A model generated the notes under the pieces. That model had not been told where the DNA came from, made no database searches, and saw nothing but the letters and a program-made list of their open reading frames with translations. Shown piece by piece: positions 24,881 through 38,255 of a stretch of 64,000 nt of DNA. Source of the DNA: Callorhinchus milii (lineage: Eukaryota). The stretch's first letter is position 1. Every line of letters starts with the position of its first letter. A program made the translations under genes and the position numbers. The stretch spans positions 51,398,001 through 51,462,000 of the forward strand of contig NW_024704744.1 of NCBI RefSeq assembly GCF_018977255.1, written 5' to 3'.

Positions 24881-25380
24881 TACAGTAATTCCCAAGCTTA
24901 TTAGACTCTGGGTATGGGACGTCTAGAAGACGTAAAAAGCGCTATATCAAATGCAAGGATTATTATTATTATTATCTGGAATTCAGACCTAGCCGGACTG
25001 GTCCTGAAAACAAACTCTTAAAAAAAAATCCCTGGGCAAAAAATTTCCACCTTCCCATGTGTAGATTCCTGCCAACCCAACTCTCCCACTGCGCCCACGC
25101 CGTGCTGAAAAGCCCACATGATGCCAGTTTCCCACTCACAATCCTTGCTCGCCTACACAATGGTCAGCCTTACACAGTGTCCTCATATAGGCCTGCTTTG
25201 GTGAGTGAGCAAAAGATACTAAGTTTAACATACAGTACATTCACGCATTAAAAAAACACAGTGCTGAAAAATTCAGGTATATATATATTATCAATAGTCA
25301 TTACAGTTAGCTGAAAATTCCGGCTTCCTGGATCCGATCTCCCCCATGAGTCCGCCTACCTGGGTTTTTAGTTTACAGTA
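24881..25380. mobile_element. Possible decayed Tc1/mariner (Tigger-like) non-autonomous element with a SINE tail inserted at about 24916-24972
   Basis: TA-CAGTAATTCCC... left end; weak degenerate right end. Confidence 0.25.
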
Positions 25381-27579
25381 CCTCACTTTCTATTTCCTTA
25401 ATGATTTACACACCGATACAGCATCTAATCATGATCTCTGTCATTGAAGACGAAATGTTTAAAGACCCTAGATGGAGATTAAATTAATTAAATTAATTGC
25501 AGGATCTTACAAGCAAAATTTCTCTAAAGTTCATATTTTTATGGGATGCATTTACTCACTGAGTCACAAGGAGATATTTAAAGTCACTTCATAACAATTT
25601 TAAATATCTTGATATTTATCCTACCAAGGAACAGAAATAGGTTCTTTCAATATTAAGATTTTTCTCAAATGTTTCTGCATCAAAACGAAATGGAATGCTG
25701 TTCTCTCCTCTTCACTTTCATTCCAATGCAGAATCAAATGCTGTATCCTAAAGCAACACTTCAGCATAATTATCCATTTAAATTTTTTTGGGTCAGCTGG
25801 GTGTCTGACACATGCAGAAACCCGTCATGATACTTAAGAGTATCCAAACCAAGCTGAGATTTATATGCATCCCACCTGCATGTGGAAATCCCAGAGATAG
25901 ATTGTTGGAATGGAATGCGCACTCTTTTCCTGGAGGGACACATCCTGCTCACCTAATTCCGGAAAGTATTAGGCGCAGGTTGGCAAGAGCCAAGGCTTGG
26001 AGACTCCAGAGTGTGCATTGGGGTACTGCAAGAGTCGAACCAGCTAAAACTGCATAGCTTACATTGATATTGCAGTCCAGCAAGCTTTCCCGCTGCTTGT
26101 CCAGCTAGGACACCCTAACTGGTAGGGTGTTGGCTTGCATGGTTAACAGGAGCTGATGGGGATGACTCCCTGCCCCCAGTGACAGGGTTGCCCTTGCAGG
26201 ACCTGTGCTATCATCAGCAGGGCCCTGGAATACATTGAATATGTGTGCTCTTGAAAAAACAGAAATGTACAGTATTTGTGCACGACTAAATAGATATTCA
26301 CATTTTTCATTTTGCTGTTGATTGCTCACTACAGTAGTTGGAAACATTTACTTTTTCTGAAGACAGACATAGGTTTAGGAATCCTGCATTTCTTCATTTT
26401 GCTTCATAGCAATGACCCTTATCCTGTTTCAAGTTATTTAAAATAGTTATGAACCGACTTGAAATATCTCCTGGTGACTCGGTGAATAACTTCATCCCTT
26501 AAAGATATGAACTTTAGAGAAATTTTAAGATCCTCAAAAGGCCGAGTAGTAACAATAATGAATTGAGTGGCTTTTCTTGACCTTATTATGCCTTTCAGTG
26601 ATATGCAGAGTTCAGCCACTGCTTTCAGGTAGCTCACACGTGAAATCCTTGTTGCTGCTCTTTGTTTAGCTTATTCCAATACTTAAGAAATCATAGCTAC
26701 AAGTTCTACTGAGGTCTTTTCAGTATACTTCTGAATTTATATTGTGCTGTCTGTCTTAGAAAGGAAAGAAAGAGAAAAGAAAGAAAGAGAAAAAAATTGA
26801 ACCTCCAGTACACAGAGAGGGGGATGGTTGCTGAGTAGTGTGATCTCTTACCCAGCATAGGGAGACCAACTCATTCTGACATATGTTTTACTGAGCTCTC
26901 AAGTAAGGCACTTGTTCTCACCACTCTTCATTGCTCACAGAGGGGCCCCTCAAGGATCCTATTTGAATGATTTCTAGGGGAGAGAGAAGCTAGCAGAAGG
27001 CACATTATAATAAGAGGCTTCTTAAAATAAATACGAGTAGAAACAACTAAAAAATTGTGTGGAAGTAAACATGTAGACACGTAAATGTACTTTACTGAAA
27101 TAAATAAAGGAAGAGTGTTGTAGAAATGTTGCAAACTAGGTGAGAAGGGATTAAAGGATTAACGCAAAGGTCAAGACTATTCAGATGCTAATGTATTCAT
27201 TGGGCTATGGGCTCCAAATAATTTTTGGACTTGATTAACGGTACTGCTGAACCTACTTGAAATCTGATTAGCAGTTGAAGGATTTTGATTAACAATTTTT
27301 CAAGGCTGAGGTAGGTTTGGGCCGATTATGTAATCCAGCACATTTATGGGTGACTCTGTTGTCAATTGGCATTATGATGTTGCTTTGCTATACCAGCTAC
27401 TGCTGCTTTCGTTCCAATGCTTCTTATAGAATCGCAGAATGTTAGTTAAATTTGATACTAAAACCCGTCATACCAAAGGTAGGCGAGAAACTGCTTTGAT
27501 TGTGCTTTCATAGTTTTTTTATTTAGGTTAGTTGAGGCCAGCTGTATTTTAAAAAAGAAATAAAAAATCTTTAGAAGCA

Positions 27580-27960
27580 AAGGTGTTTTAATGGTGGAAA
27601 AGGCCATTGGGCCCAACAAGCCTTTTTGTTAGTTTTCAACCACGGCTATCTGCCTTCTCACCATATCCCTCAATCCCTTCTTTATCCAGAAACACGTCTA
27701 ATTGCCTCTTGAATCCATTTATACTATCTGCTTCAATGACTCTCATTGATAACTTGTTCCACATTCTCTTATCCTTTGTGTATTTTAACAAAAATCCGCC
27801 TGACTCCCCTCCTTATTCCTCATGTTGTACTTGTGATCCCTGGAATTTGAACCTTTCGCTGCAGTGAACAATTTCTGTGGATCAGCTTTGTTGATTCCCT
27901 TCATAATCTTGAAAACTTCAGCTTGCCCACCTCAAAGGCTCCTTGATTATAAGGCGAGCA
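27580..27960 (-). mobile_element. Degenerate CR1 3' fragment
   Basis: aggccattgggccca...cccttcataatcttgaaaacttc antisense CR1 pattern. Confidence 0.55.
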
Positions 27961-28929
27961 GGCCCAACATGGGTAACCGTGTGAAGCTGGGCTATTGCAA
28001 AATTATGTTTTTTTACACTGTACTGAAAGTAGTTGAGCAAAATTATGTTGTATTTTGCCCCTCTCCTTTCTCCAAATCTTGGCAACCCGACCAAGGCACA
28101 GTTTGGACCAGGAAGATACAACAATTTATACTTGCATAGATAGCACCTTTCATGTCAGGAGAACATCTCAGAACACTTTACAAAGGCTTGGAGGGCTCTA
28201 GGAGTATTGGTGGGGGTGGTGGCAAAAGCAGTCAAACTGGTAAGTCTTCAATAAGCTAACTGCTGAACAGTGAGTTTAAAAAGAAACATTTGAAATTAGA
28301 TGCAGAGGAGAAGGTAAGGATACTTTTACCACAAATGTAAGGGTATAGTTCTCAAAAGCTACACAACAGTACGTATTTCATCCTGAATTTTGATGCATTA
28401 TGGATTCCCTATGTTCTGCAATAACTGTTTTCAGTATTTCAATGTCGATGTTGCAGTATAGATACTCAGTTGATTTTACTGTATTGCAGCAGCTGTGTGT
28501 TGATACACACATTAATATGAATTTAATCACTGGCTGAATGATGTAAGTTTAAGCTCAATTGAGCACAGTTAGTTCTGATTGATGATACCCACAGGGGACA
28601 TTCAAATAACATTGCAGGGTGTCAACGAAACGCCCCTTCATCAGGTTCGTGACAGTGGTGAGGTCTCTGCTGGTGCTTAAACCCAGCAGTGACTTTTGAA
28701 AGCTATAAAAGAAGAAAGTCAGAAGAGGTTTAAGCATCAGCAGAAACTGTGATTGAATATTAATAAAGGAAGAGAGCATGTTCTGCTCTAGGCATTAAGA
28801 TGAACAAGCTAATTTGAAGAGGTGACTTACAGAGGCTATCTATTCATGGTACAGCACATACAGCTCACTATTGTCAGTGTCAAAGCCTTAAAGTTTCAAG
28901 TCATTGGTTTTCTTTGTGATTTGTTTCAG

Positions 28930-29156
28930 CTTACACTCTTTACGCAAAAGATAGCACTGCAACTCAGACTGGGCTTTCTCCACAAGATTCCACTTCTGCA
29001 CCAAGTACTGGAGGCCCTCTGGGGCATTATGAGACACTGACCGCACAGGGAAAAATAAACAATGATGAGCAACAAAAAAGGGTTCTTCTATGTTTCCAGA
29101 AGCTTCACGAAGTAGTTAAAGGATATAACGCCGGTCCGAAAAATTTATTGTCAAAG
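28930..29156 (+). CDS. AFG1L: AFG1L exon 2 (AYTLYAK...GPLGHYETLTAQGKINNDEQQKRVLLCFQKLHEVVKGY...LLSK)
   Basis: GPL-HY...D..Q..V...QKLHE..KGY pattern of vertebrate LACE1; tttcag acceptor, GTGAGG donor; 227 nt. Confidence 0.92.
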
Positions 29157-30797
29157 GTGAGGTTAAAGGCTGAGCTATCAAAAAAACATTTTGATCGACA
29201 GTCCTGATAGTGTAGTGGTTAGAATAGAATAGTGGATGTACAATTCTCCTGGAGGGGTGGGGGTAGGTAAGTGAGCTGGCTCCAAGGTGATGTGCATGGC
29301 AATGGAATGTTGGAATTGAATCAATACTTTGTAAAGCTGGTAGGGGAGTCTGCAGTACTCCAGGGTACTGCTGATGATAGACCAGCCAGCCTGGCTCTTT
29401 GGCAGGACTTGGAGGGGTAGACCAGACAAGACATGGGAGTAGCGATTCTTCCCATTCGGCTCTTGCTCACCCAGCAAGCCAGAGTCCTAATCGGTAAGTG
29501 GTCTAACTGGACAAGCAGTGGGAAGTCTGCCAGACAGTACTTTCAATGGTAAGATGGGCAGTTTTAGCTCTAATAGTACCCAAACACACGCTCAGGGTTT
29601 GCCGAATCTCAGCTCTTGCCAACCTGCACTGAATACTCTCCAGAATTAGCTAAGCAGGGTATGCCCCTCCAAGGAGAGAATTAGATTCCTTCCAGATACA
29701 GAGACATTTCCATGTGTAGTTGCACAGAAATGTGGAACTCTACCTGGTTTGGATACTCAATCATGCTGATGGGTTTCTGTGTGTGTCAGTCACTTGCCAA
29801 CCCCCCCAAAAATGATAGAGCTGCATAACTCTTGGTCCATGCTGTTTACAGGTCATAGTTGCAATATAGAGGGTAAATGGCACCAGTCCTCCCAGGGTTA
29901 GGACGAGGAGCACCAGCTGGGATGCCTGCTCCTGGTCCCTCTACAATACCCACTACCTGTAGTGTGTGAGTGGCTACTGGGCAAGAAGAGCTCGGCTGTG
30001 ATGTCCACAACACTCACTGGCGAGGCTAACACTCAATGGCAAGGCTAACATTCACTGGAAGACTAACATGAAAAACAGCCACTTGGGCAGGCGATAGGAG
30101 GGCAACCAGTGCTTGTGGAACCACATCCCAACATGAAGAGGCTGGGGACTAACAGCAGGGGTATATGCCACTGTAGTGGGGAGAAAATTGAAAAAGTATT
30201 GGACATACTATTTGTTTTAAAAAGAGAAAAATTGATCTTGACACACATTATGCTTAGGTACGACCTATATTTTTGTTTTTATTAGCTTTCGTGAGGTTTC
30301 TAATCAGTCTCTGGACCATTTTTTTTCTGTTTTCACCCAGCCTGCACCTTATCTGTATTCACACATCTGAAACTCAAAAGGAAACCTGTGGAGATGAAAA
30401 TTGGTGCCATTCAGTTTTTTTTCTTAAAAAAATGTGATATTCTGAGAATTCTAAATTTGGAAACAGTTAAAATAAAAAAAACCTCTGTGCTGAATTAGCT
30501 GACTGTCAGTCAGGGCAGTGGTACAGTGATGGGGCACAGCAGAATGTCTTTAGACAAAGAATGGAAAAGTCCACTGAGTGTTCCCATTCCTTATCACTCC
30601 CTTAATCTTGTCTCACTATCTCACCAAGTCTTAAGTGAATTCTTACATCCGTGAACTCCTTACCTCTCTATTTTCCTTACTCCAATCAACGGGTCTTTAA
30701 AAGCTAACCTGGGCTTAACATACTTGTACAACTGGATTTCTATCTTCCATTCTTTTGAACCTTAGTGGTGCTTTGCAGAATCTACATTAAGTAGAGT

Positions 30798-31115
30798 GGA
30801 GTCCTGTAGCTCAGTGGTTAGAGCACTCGCTTTGCAAGTGAGATACCTGAGTTCAATCCCCGGCAGGTCAGGGCGAAACCTTGGGCAAGTTTCCTTACTC
30901 CACACACCTAATAATATTCCCTCCAAAACCCAAAACAATAATAAATTGGTCATTTTCAATCCCCGACTGTTTGTGGGACATTGCTGTGCGCAATTGGCTG
31001 CCGCGTTCGCCCACAAATATACAGTCACTTCACTTTACAGTGTGTTCTGTGAAGCGCTTTGGGACGTCCTCCTGACGTGAAAAGCGCTATATCAAATGCA
31101 AGGATTATTATTATT
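30798..31115 (+). mobile_element. tRNA-SINE, short subfamily, full length
   Basis: Intact A/B boxes and (TTA)n tail. Confidence 0.9.
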
Positions 31116-31185
31116 AATAAGTGTAGTATATTTACTGTTGATTTTGCTTATCAACTCTGAAAGCAATATTTGTTTATTTTCGTAG

Positions 31186-31237
31186 TTATTACCAAGATCA
31201 CAACCTCCCAAAGGCCTATATGTGTATGGAGGTGTTG
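31186..31237 (+). CDS. AFG1L: AFG1L exon 3 (LLPRSQPPKGLYVYGGVG), first half of Walker A
   Basis: PKGLYVYG motif of the AFG1/ZapE family; cgtag/GTAAGT; 52 nt. Confidence 0.95.
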
Positions 31238-31744
31238 GTAAGTTGTTTGAGGTAACTCATTCTATACCTTGGTATATTAAAATGTATCGTTTCACCCACA
31301 AAATATAGTCAATTCAATTTACGGTATATTCTGTGAAGCGCTTTGAGACTCTAGAAGACGTGATAAGGCACTATATGAAATGCAAGGATTATCCTTGCAT
31401 TTGATATTCCCATTGTTACACTCTGTTAACACGGCTGTTAATTATTTTGTTTTCCCATTTCCAAACCGATTTATTATATGCTGTATCCCACCTATTTTTT
31501 TTGTGGGGGGTGTGGTGTGAAGGGAGGTAAAGTGCTGATGGCAATCACAAACTGCTAAAACACAATGGAGTGTTTGACATGTGACATAATGGTGATATTA
31601 TGGATTGAGACTTACCTTTTTAACCACATCCTTCCCCTCTCGGCTCCAACCCCCAGCTCGGGTACACAGCCAAAAGCATCTTGGGACAACTTTATGATAC
31701 GAAAGGAGCTATATCACTGACAATTTGTGTTTTGTGAGGAACAA

Positions 31745-32050
31745 CAAGAAGTTGAATTTATGTAGCACCCTTCTCGCAGAATAGTATCTCAGAGTGCTTA
31801 AGAGTGGTAGACCTTGACATGGAGACAGGGGGAGAAAGGAGGTGACCAAAGTTACGGTCTAAGAGGAAGGTCTTCAGGTGCAATCTGAAGATAGGCAAAG
31901 GGGTAAGGCAGAGGGATTGAGGCAGAGAGTTTAGGGGCCGAGTTGTTGAAAGCACACTCGCTGATGGTGGAGCAGAGAGGACAACGGGAGTGCAGAAGCC
32001 CAGAGCCAGCTGAGCAAAGGGGATGGGTAGAGGCGTGAGGTGTAAGTCAG
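31745..32050 (-). mobile_element. L2 3' fragment
   Basis: NSLP...LHLKTFLLDR and antisense tail. Confidence 0.65.
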
Positions 32051-32339
32051 AGTGGACTAATCCAGCAATGGTCAACTCATTCCTGAAAGCATTGCTGTGC
32101 TACTTACTGCCTGGAAAAGATTGTGAAAAATGACAATGCTTAAAGAAAGCATTATCAACGAGAAAAGGAAATATTTCTTGCTATTTTGCCATATCAACCC
32201 ATCTGCTCCTTCCGCTCAGCAGGCTCCAGCCTGCCCAACCATCGACAGTCGGGCCTTTAGCACCTCTGCCCCATGCTTTTGGAACTCCATCCCACAGTCC
32301 CTTCACCTCGCTCCCTCCCTTGCTTCCTTGAGCTACAGT

Positions 32340-32613
32340 GGAGACCTGTAGCTCAGTGGTTAGAGCACTCGCTTTGCAAGTGAGAGACCTGAGTTCAATT
32401 CCAGGCAGGGCGAAACCTTGGGCAAGTTTCGTTACTCCATACGCCTAATAATAATCCCTCCAAAACCAAAAACAATAATAAATTGGTCATTTTCAATCTA
32501 CGACTGTTTGTGGGACATTATACAGTCAATTCGCTTTACAGTGTGTTCTGTGAAGCGCTTTGGGACGTCCTCCCAAAGTGAAAAGTGCTATATCAAATGC
32601 AAGGATTATTATT
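32340..32613 (+). mobile_element. tRNA-SINE inserted into an L2 3' fragment
   Basis: Head and tail intact, internal deletion; L2 sequence resumes at about 32612. Confidence 0.9.
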
Positions 32614-32836
32614 GAAGGCACGTCTCAAGACCCTCCTCATCGACTGCACCTTCGGCCATCCTCCTACCCATATCCTCCCTACCCTCCATCCCTCCTGATC
32701 CCAAACCCTTGCTCAAGTCCAAATCCCTGACTGTCCAGCGCCTTGGGATGTCTTCCCAGCATGAAAGGTGCTATACAAATATAATTTGTTGTTCTTTTCA
32801 ATCCATACCAATTCCCTTGTATTTTTGTGATTTTAG

Positions 32837-32938
32837 GCACAGGAAAGACCATGATGATGGACTTATTTTATTCTCATGCAGAAGTTGAGAGGAAGAGCAG
32901 AGTACATTTTCATGGATTTATGCAAGATATACACAAAA
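32837..32938 (+). CDS. AFG1L: AFG1L exon 4 (GTGKTMMMDLFYSHAEVERKSRVHFHGFMQDIHK)
   Basis: Walker A GKT and RVHFHGFM motif; ttttag/GTAAGT; 102 nt. Confidence 0.97.
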
Positions 32939-33246
32939 GTAAGTTTGTTTTTTAAAGGAATGTTTAATACTTTTTCTCCCCTCCCTCCCCATGTCTTGGA
33001 AAGTGCTGCAGTGCAGTTTATAAGCACTCAGTATCTCACTCATGTGGCTATATTTCATTGTGGTGGCAGAGTAAGGGAAACTAATAATTTTATTTCAATG
33101 TCGTTTAATTCTCATGGTGAGAAAATAGCTGAAAAGTAAAAAGGAATATATGATATGTTCACCTGTTATCAGATTCCAGGCATCTTTCATAATCATGAGG
33201 ATAGATTCTCTACATAACATTTTTTTCATAAACTTTCTTTCATTAG

Positions 33247-33377
33247 GAATTCATCGACTAAAGCAGACCTTACCAAAGAGGAAGCGTGGCCTAATGGCTA
33301 AATCCTATGATCCGATAGCCCCTATAGCTGCAGAAATCAGTGAGGAGGTCTGCTTGTTGTGTTTTGATGAGTTTCAG
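33247..33377 (+). CDS. AFG1L: AFG1L exon 5 (RIHRLKQTLPKRKRGLMAKSYDPIAPIAAEISEEVCLLCFDEFQ), Walker B
   Basis: LLCFDEFQ Walker B; cattag/GTAAAT; 131 nt. Confidence 0.97.
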
Positions 33378-33479
33378 GTAAATAGACTTATTTTAAATTC
33401 AATGAACCTGCTTGTTAATCAACTGATATTGACTGATATTTTTGTAAATATTGGTCCTGAGATTATTGTTTCTAAATTT

Positions 33480-33843
33480 ATAATAAAAAAATCCTTGCAT
33501 TTGATATAGCGTCTTATCACGTCTCCAAGTCGTCTAAAAGAGCTTATCAGAATATACTATAGACTGTATATTTTGTGGGCGAAACATGGCAACCAGTTGC
33601 GCACAACAGTGTTCCACAAACAGTTGTGGATTAAAGTAAACGATTTATTATTTTTATTTTTACTGAAGGAATTATTACCTCCGGAAAAGCAATCTGCCAA
33701 CCGACTAACAACTGGGTTCCTACTTACTGCTCGGTAAACAGAGGCATGTGGAGTAAGGAAACTTGCCCAACGTTTTGCCCTGTCCGGAATCAAATCCAGG
33801 TCTCTTGCGAGGCGAGTGCTCCAGCCACTGAGCTACAGGACTC
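33480..33843 (-). mobile_element. tRNA-SINE, long subfamily
   Basis: Reverse-complement head gagtcctgtagctcagtgg ends at 33843; internal segment present. Confidence 0.85.
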
Positions 33844-36686
33844 AGCGAGTAAATTTGGTGAAAATTAGTAAAAAATCAGTCGTTGATTTGTGTTTTCTGC
33901 CCATATTGAACAATACAGTATAATTTACATTTATATTGGTCTTGGACATTGAGAGGACATCTAAAAGCTCTTAAAACATAATCAGAGAGCACCACAACAT
34001 TTTCCATAGCAGAACTCCAAACAGATCCTTCATTCTTGCGTCACTAGCAATAAATATGAGCGATTCCGACACCAATAACTTAAGTTCAAAGAATGCATCA
34101 TGAAACACATCATATTTGTACACTGCTGTGCTGAGGTTATCTGACCACTGTCATGAGGCTCAGAGGTTGCCTGTGACTGCAGGATTTGCACATCAATCAG
34201 CGGGATTGCAATGTGCGTATAACTGGAAACTGAAAAAAAAACCTAGAAGATAGAGTTTTTTTTTGTTGAGAAAGTTATATCAAATGCAAGTTCGTTGAAA
34301 AATTTTGTTGAAAAATCGATTGGTTAAAAAAAATTCTCAAAGGAAACTTGAGGTGTTCCAGTTTATTCTGTGAAAAGATGTACACTCCTCTTCTATATAT
34401 TTTTCTCATAATATTGTTGTAACACTGTTGGTTTGGTGCCAGAAATATCTTTGGATGGGAAAGAATAGTTACAGTATGGTGTCGATTTCACAACAACTAC
34501 AGTCGCTGTAGATAGCGATAATTGGTGTAATAGGTGGGGATCCTCTTAATCCCTGCAACAGTATTTTAGCACCATTTTTAAAAAGGAATTCTTATTTCAT
34601 TTATTCAAAATCTATGTAAAACAACTATTTAGTTGTCGATTTTTTTACTTTACTTCATAATTAGCATTATATTGGAAAGGCATTCTCATGTATGCCTTTA
34701 GCATTATACAGATTATTCACTGTAATTCTGGATGCTGTAGAATGATAACAGTGAATTCAGAAAATACAAAGCAAACACCATTCCTTAATCCAGCTCTGTT
34801 TGATGCTTTGAAAGAACATTTACAGTAAACCACACTACTGCAAAGCTTTGCTAATGACTGCATGAGCTTTTGATCTTATTTCACTATCACCAGACCTATT
34901 TTTTATATAAAAGAAGGTAATTATTAATTAATGCTTAACAGGCAAAGGTATCTGATATCTGTCAGATAGCAACCAACTTTAAACTCTTTCAAAACTTTCA
35001 AGAAGGTTCTTTTTGTAAAGAGTACAGTGCTTTCAAAGTCTCCAGTAAAAGCGAGCCCTTGCTTTCATGCTGATACTAATTACTGAAAACACATGTTCAT
35101 GTTTAGCATGCATTACAAAGAGCTACACCAATCAAGGATGACTGAGTCTCAAGCACTTACGCATGTAAATTTTAGTATTCGGCTTTTTTCCCCCTCTTTT
35201 GCTAAGTGAGTCATAATGGAAGCAACTGTAGGTCATAAAAATCTTTTCTCTTAAATGCTAATGAAATGTCTCTATTCTCCTTATTAGCAGACCAGCATTA
35301 ACTGTAATTTGTAGTCTTCCTTTTCTGCTTATTTGTAATGAATACTGTGTACTGAAAGAGCTGCAGTTGGGAAAATGCTTCTGGTATTGTCTTTTGCTTG
35401 CTTAGACTGTACAATTGCACTTCTCTTCTTGAGCTGTATAAGTAAGGGTACAAGATCAAAGGATTCATAAACTGGCACTCACGTACAATGTGACTCTTGC
35501 CTCAGCAATTGGTTGTTATTCAAAAACTGTTTAGTTGTTGATGTTAAACATCAAGACCCACATTCCCAAATGCTGCCAAATAGGCTAGTTTTACAATAAA
35601 ATGTTAAAGCAATATTTAGTTGTTATAATAATAATAATAATCCTTGCATTTGTTACAGCGCCTTATCCCGGCATTGAGACGTCTAATAAAATGTATGACT
35701 AGTCTCTGTTGTGAATTCTGCAGGAAAGTGATAATCAGGGTTTGTTTGCTTGAAAGGCACTTAGTTTTTTTTAATACTTTTTTTCTTAATCAGGCACTTG
35801 TGTATTATTAAAAAAAAACAGTCATGACATTAAGATGCATGATCATTGTCAGAAGAAGTAACAACAGACACCATCATTTAGAATTTGTTTAAGCTCTCCG
35901 AGAAGCTGGCTGGCGTGAAGGGTGCCTATGTTGCTGTTGGAATTAGAAATCCTGTACAACACAAGTAGATATCAGAAAAGAACTTGCTATGAAGAAACTT
36001 TAAAAAAACCTTTCCATAAGGCTTCCTTGTCCAGACAGTGAAATCCTTTAGGAAAGAAGTGCAGTGAATAAGTTATAACAATGGGATTTATTAATCTATA
36101 CAGTGCTTCCAGGCGATTGATTCTACAGAATTAGTCTTTAGACCAACGTAAATCGTTTGTCTGAGCACTCAGGAGTGGTATAACCCTGTCGTTATTCTTT
36201 CACTCTTGTTTTTCATAAATCATTTATGCCCAAATATTTACCCTTCTGTTGTTAAATCACTAAAGTCCAAGTTTGTAAATTTCTAGTATACTGATCACTT
36301 TTTTTATTGCGATAACAAGAGTTTTGGTCCATCTTTAGGCACCTGAAAGAATCCCTCCGGTTAAAAAAAAAGGGGTAGAAATGTAAACCTTGTGCTGGTT
36401 TCTAGTCTTTCAAATTAATTGCCCCTTCCAAATAGCTATGTACTTTTCCAAACTGAGTCACTTGAGCATCCTTCAGAAAATAACTGGTTCAGTAATGAAG
36501 AGGTAGTGTGGATGGAAGACCGTATTGCACTATAATTTGCCCTGATGGGTTATCCCATTTCCTTGTAATGATGATTAGATTGATTTTCTTTGATATCTAG
36601 GTTTTTTACTTCAACTACACAAGCTATATTGTTTCTAAATTCAATTTAGGTTGAATTGGGTTTTGATTTTTATTCTGTTTATTAAG

Positions 36687-36786
36687 GTTACTGATATTGC
36701 TGATGCCATGATACTGAAGCAGCTTTTTGAAAATCTATTTCAAAATGGTGTTATAGTCGTGGCTACCTCCAACAGGTCACCTGAAG
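36687..36786 (+). CDS. AFG1L: AFG1L exon 6 ([33 protein letters not shown])
   Basis: [10 protein letters not shown] and ATSNR family motifs; AAG acceptor, GTAAGG donor; 100 nt. Confidence 0.97.
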
Positions 36787-37989
36787 GTAAGGCGTAACTA
36801 ATTTTAGAAAAATTGTCATCTTTCACAACACTAACAACTTGGATTCATTTGGCACCCTTGGCATACAAAGTGGATGTTATACTGAAGGCAAACACGGAAA
36901 GTAATTTATATCAACGATAGTGTGGTGATACAGTAGGTTGGAGCACTAATGCTCAGTTCAACGACGAAGGGTGTTAGAATTTTAGCAGTCTCCGACAAGC
37001 AGAGGACCTCTTCACAGTGAGCAGGGAAAATCAGGAGAGCTGCTCAGGATCAATATTGTTCGGCACCTAAGAATAAAGTACTTGTTTTTCTGCTCAATAA
37101 GTATGTGTAGATAAAGGAACTGAACAACAACTGTGTACACAGTATGTGTACTGTGATGAACAAAATTAATTCATGTATTTCTGTTTCACTCACCTCCTCC
37201 AACAAAATAATGTTGTCCTGAATCCCAATAAATTGGTGTCTCAGAGAGATTTGTATCTGTTGTCTTGTCCAGCCTGGTTTTAAGACTGAATCAGAGATTT
37301 GAGTCAAATTAAGATTTGAATCAGAACTTTTGTTTTTATTGCAATTTACCTAACTGGCTAAATAAGTATAAGATTACTTTTTTCAAGTTTTAAAAAAAAC
37401 CTTGAGATGGTCCCTTGCTATACCCCATAGCAGCTTCGGGGTCAAAAGAATAAGGGGCTTAAATTCCCCCCCCCCCCCCCAAACCCATGCTAATTTTGCT
37501 TTGTACTCCACAAAAAAGGGAACAGGGTTTGGATTTACTCTCCTAATCACAACCTACTTTACTCACCTGGCACCTACCTCTTGGTAGAATGGCTGAGCTA
37601 AGGAGCTCTACTTGTAATAACTGCAGGCACAAGCCTGTATTCTTCCACTTTAGGAGACTGCACCAACATGCAACATTACATTTAGCATGACTTTATTGTC
37701 CTTGTTGTAAAATGACACTAAATTTATTGCAAAATCATGACATACTTTTCCTATTGTCACTTTTTGTATAGTAATCCTACCAGCGCAATTCGTTGAGTGA
37801 GAAACAGTGTCCATATGATATTGTCCAGAATCTAACCTTGATATAGATTTTAGAGATGACAAATGTTCTAAATTGGCAAGCTTGAGCTCTTCAAACAATA
37901 CCATTAGTTGGGTTCAATTAGATAAACTATTCTATAAAAGACATAAGGAGCAGTTTATTATACTAAGAAACTTCGTTATAAGAACTTAT

Positions 37990-38255
37990 AGACGTCCTTC
38001 GGATGAGATGTTAAACTAAGGTCCCGTCTGCCTGTTCAGGTAGACGTTAAAGATCCCATGGCACTATTCAGAAAGAGAAGGGAGTATTCTTCTGGTTTCC
38101 AGGTCAACAAACCCCAAAATAAAATTGGTCATTCACTTTATAGCTATCTGTGCCCAAATTGGTTGTTGCATTTGTCCACAAAACACACAGTCACTAAACT
38201 TTCTGTATGTATGTCCTGTGAAGTGTTTGGGACGTCCTCCCAGGACGTAATTATA
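37990..38255 (+). mobile_element. Deu-domain SINE 3' part
   Basis: cttcggatgagatgttaaactaaggtcccgtctgcctgttcagg core. Confidence 0.7.

Noticed and set aside
28615-28660. Hammerhead ribozyme (CTGATGA on the minus strand)
   Set aside because: No GAAA after a stem II on that strand; the GAAAC is on the opposite strand
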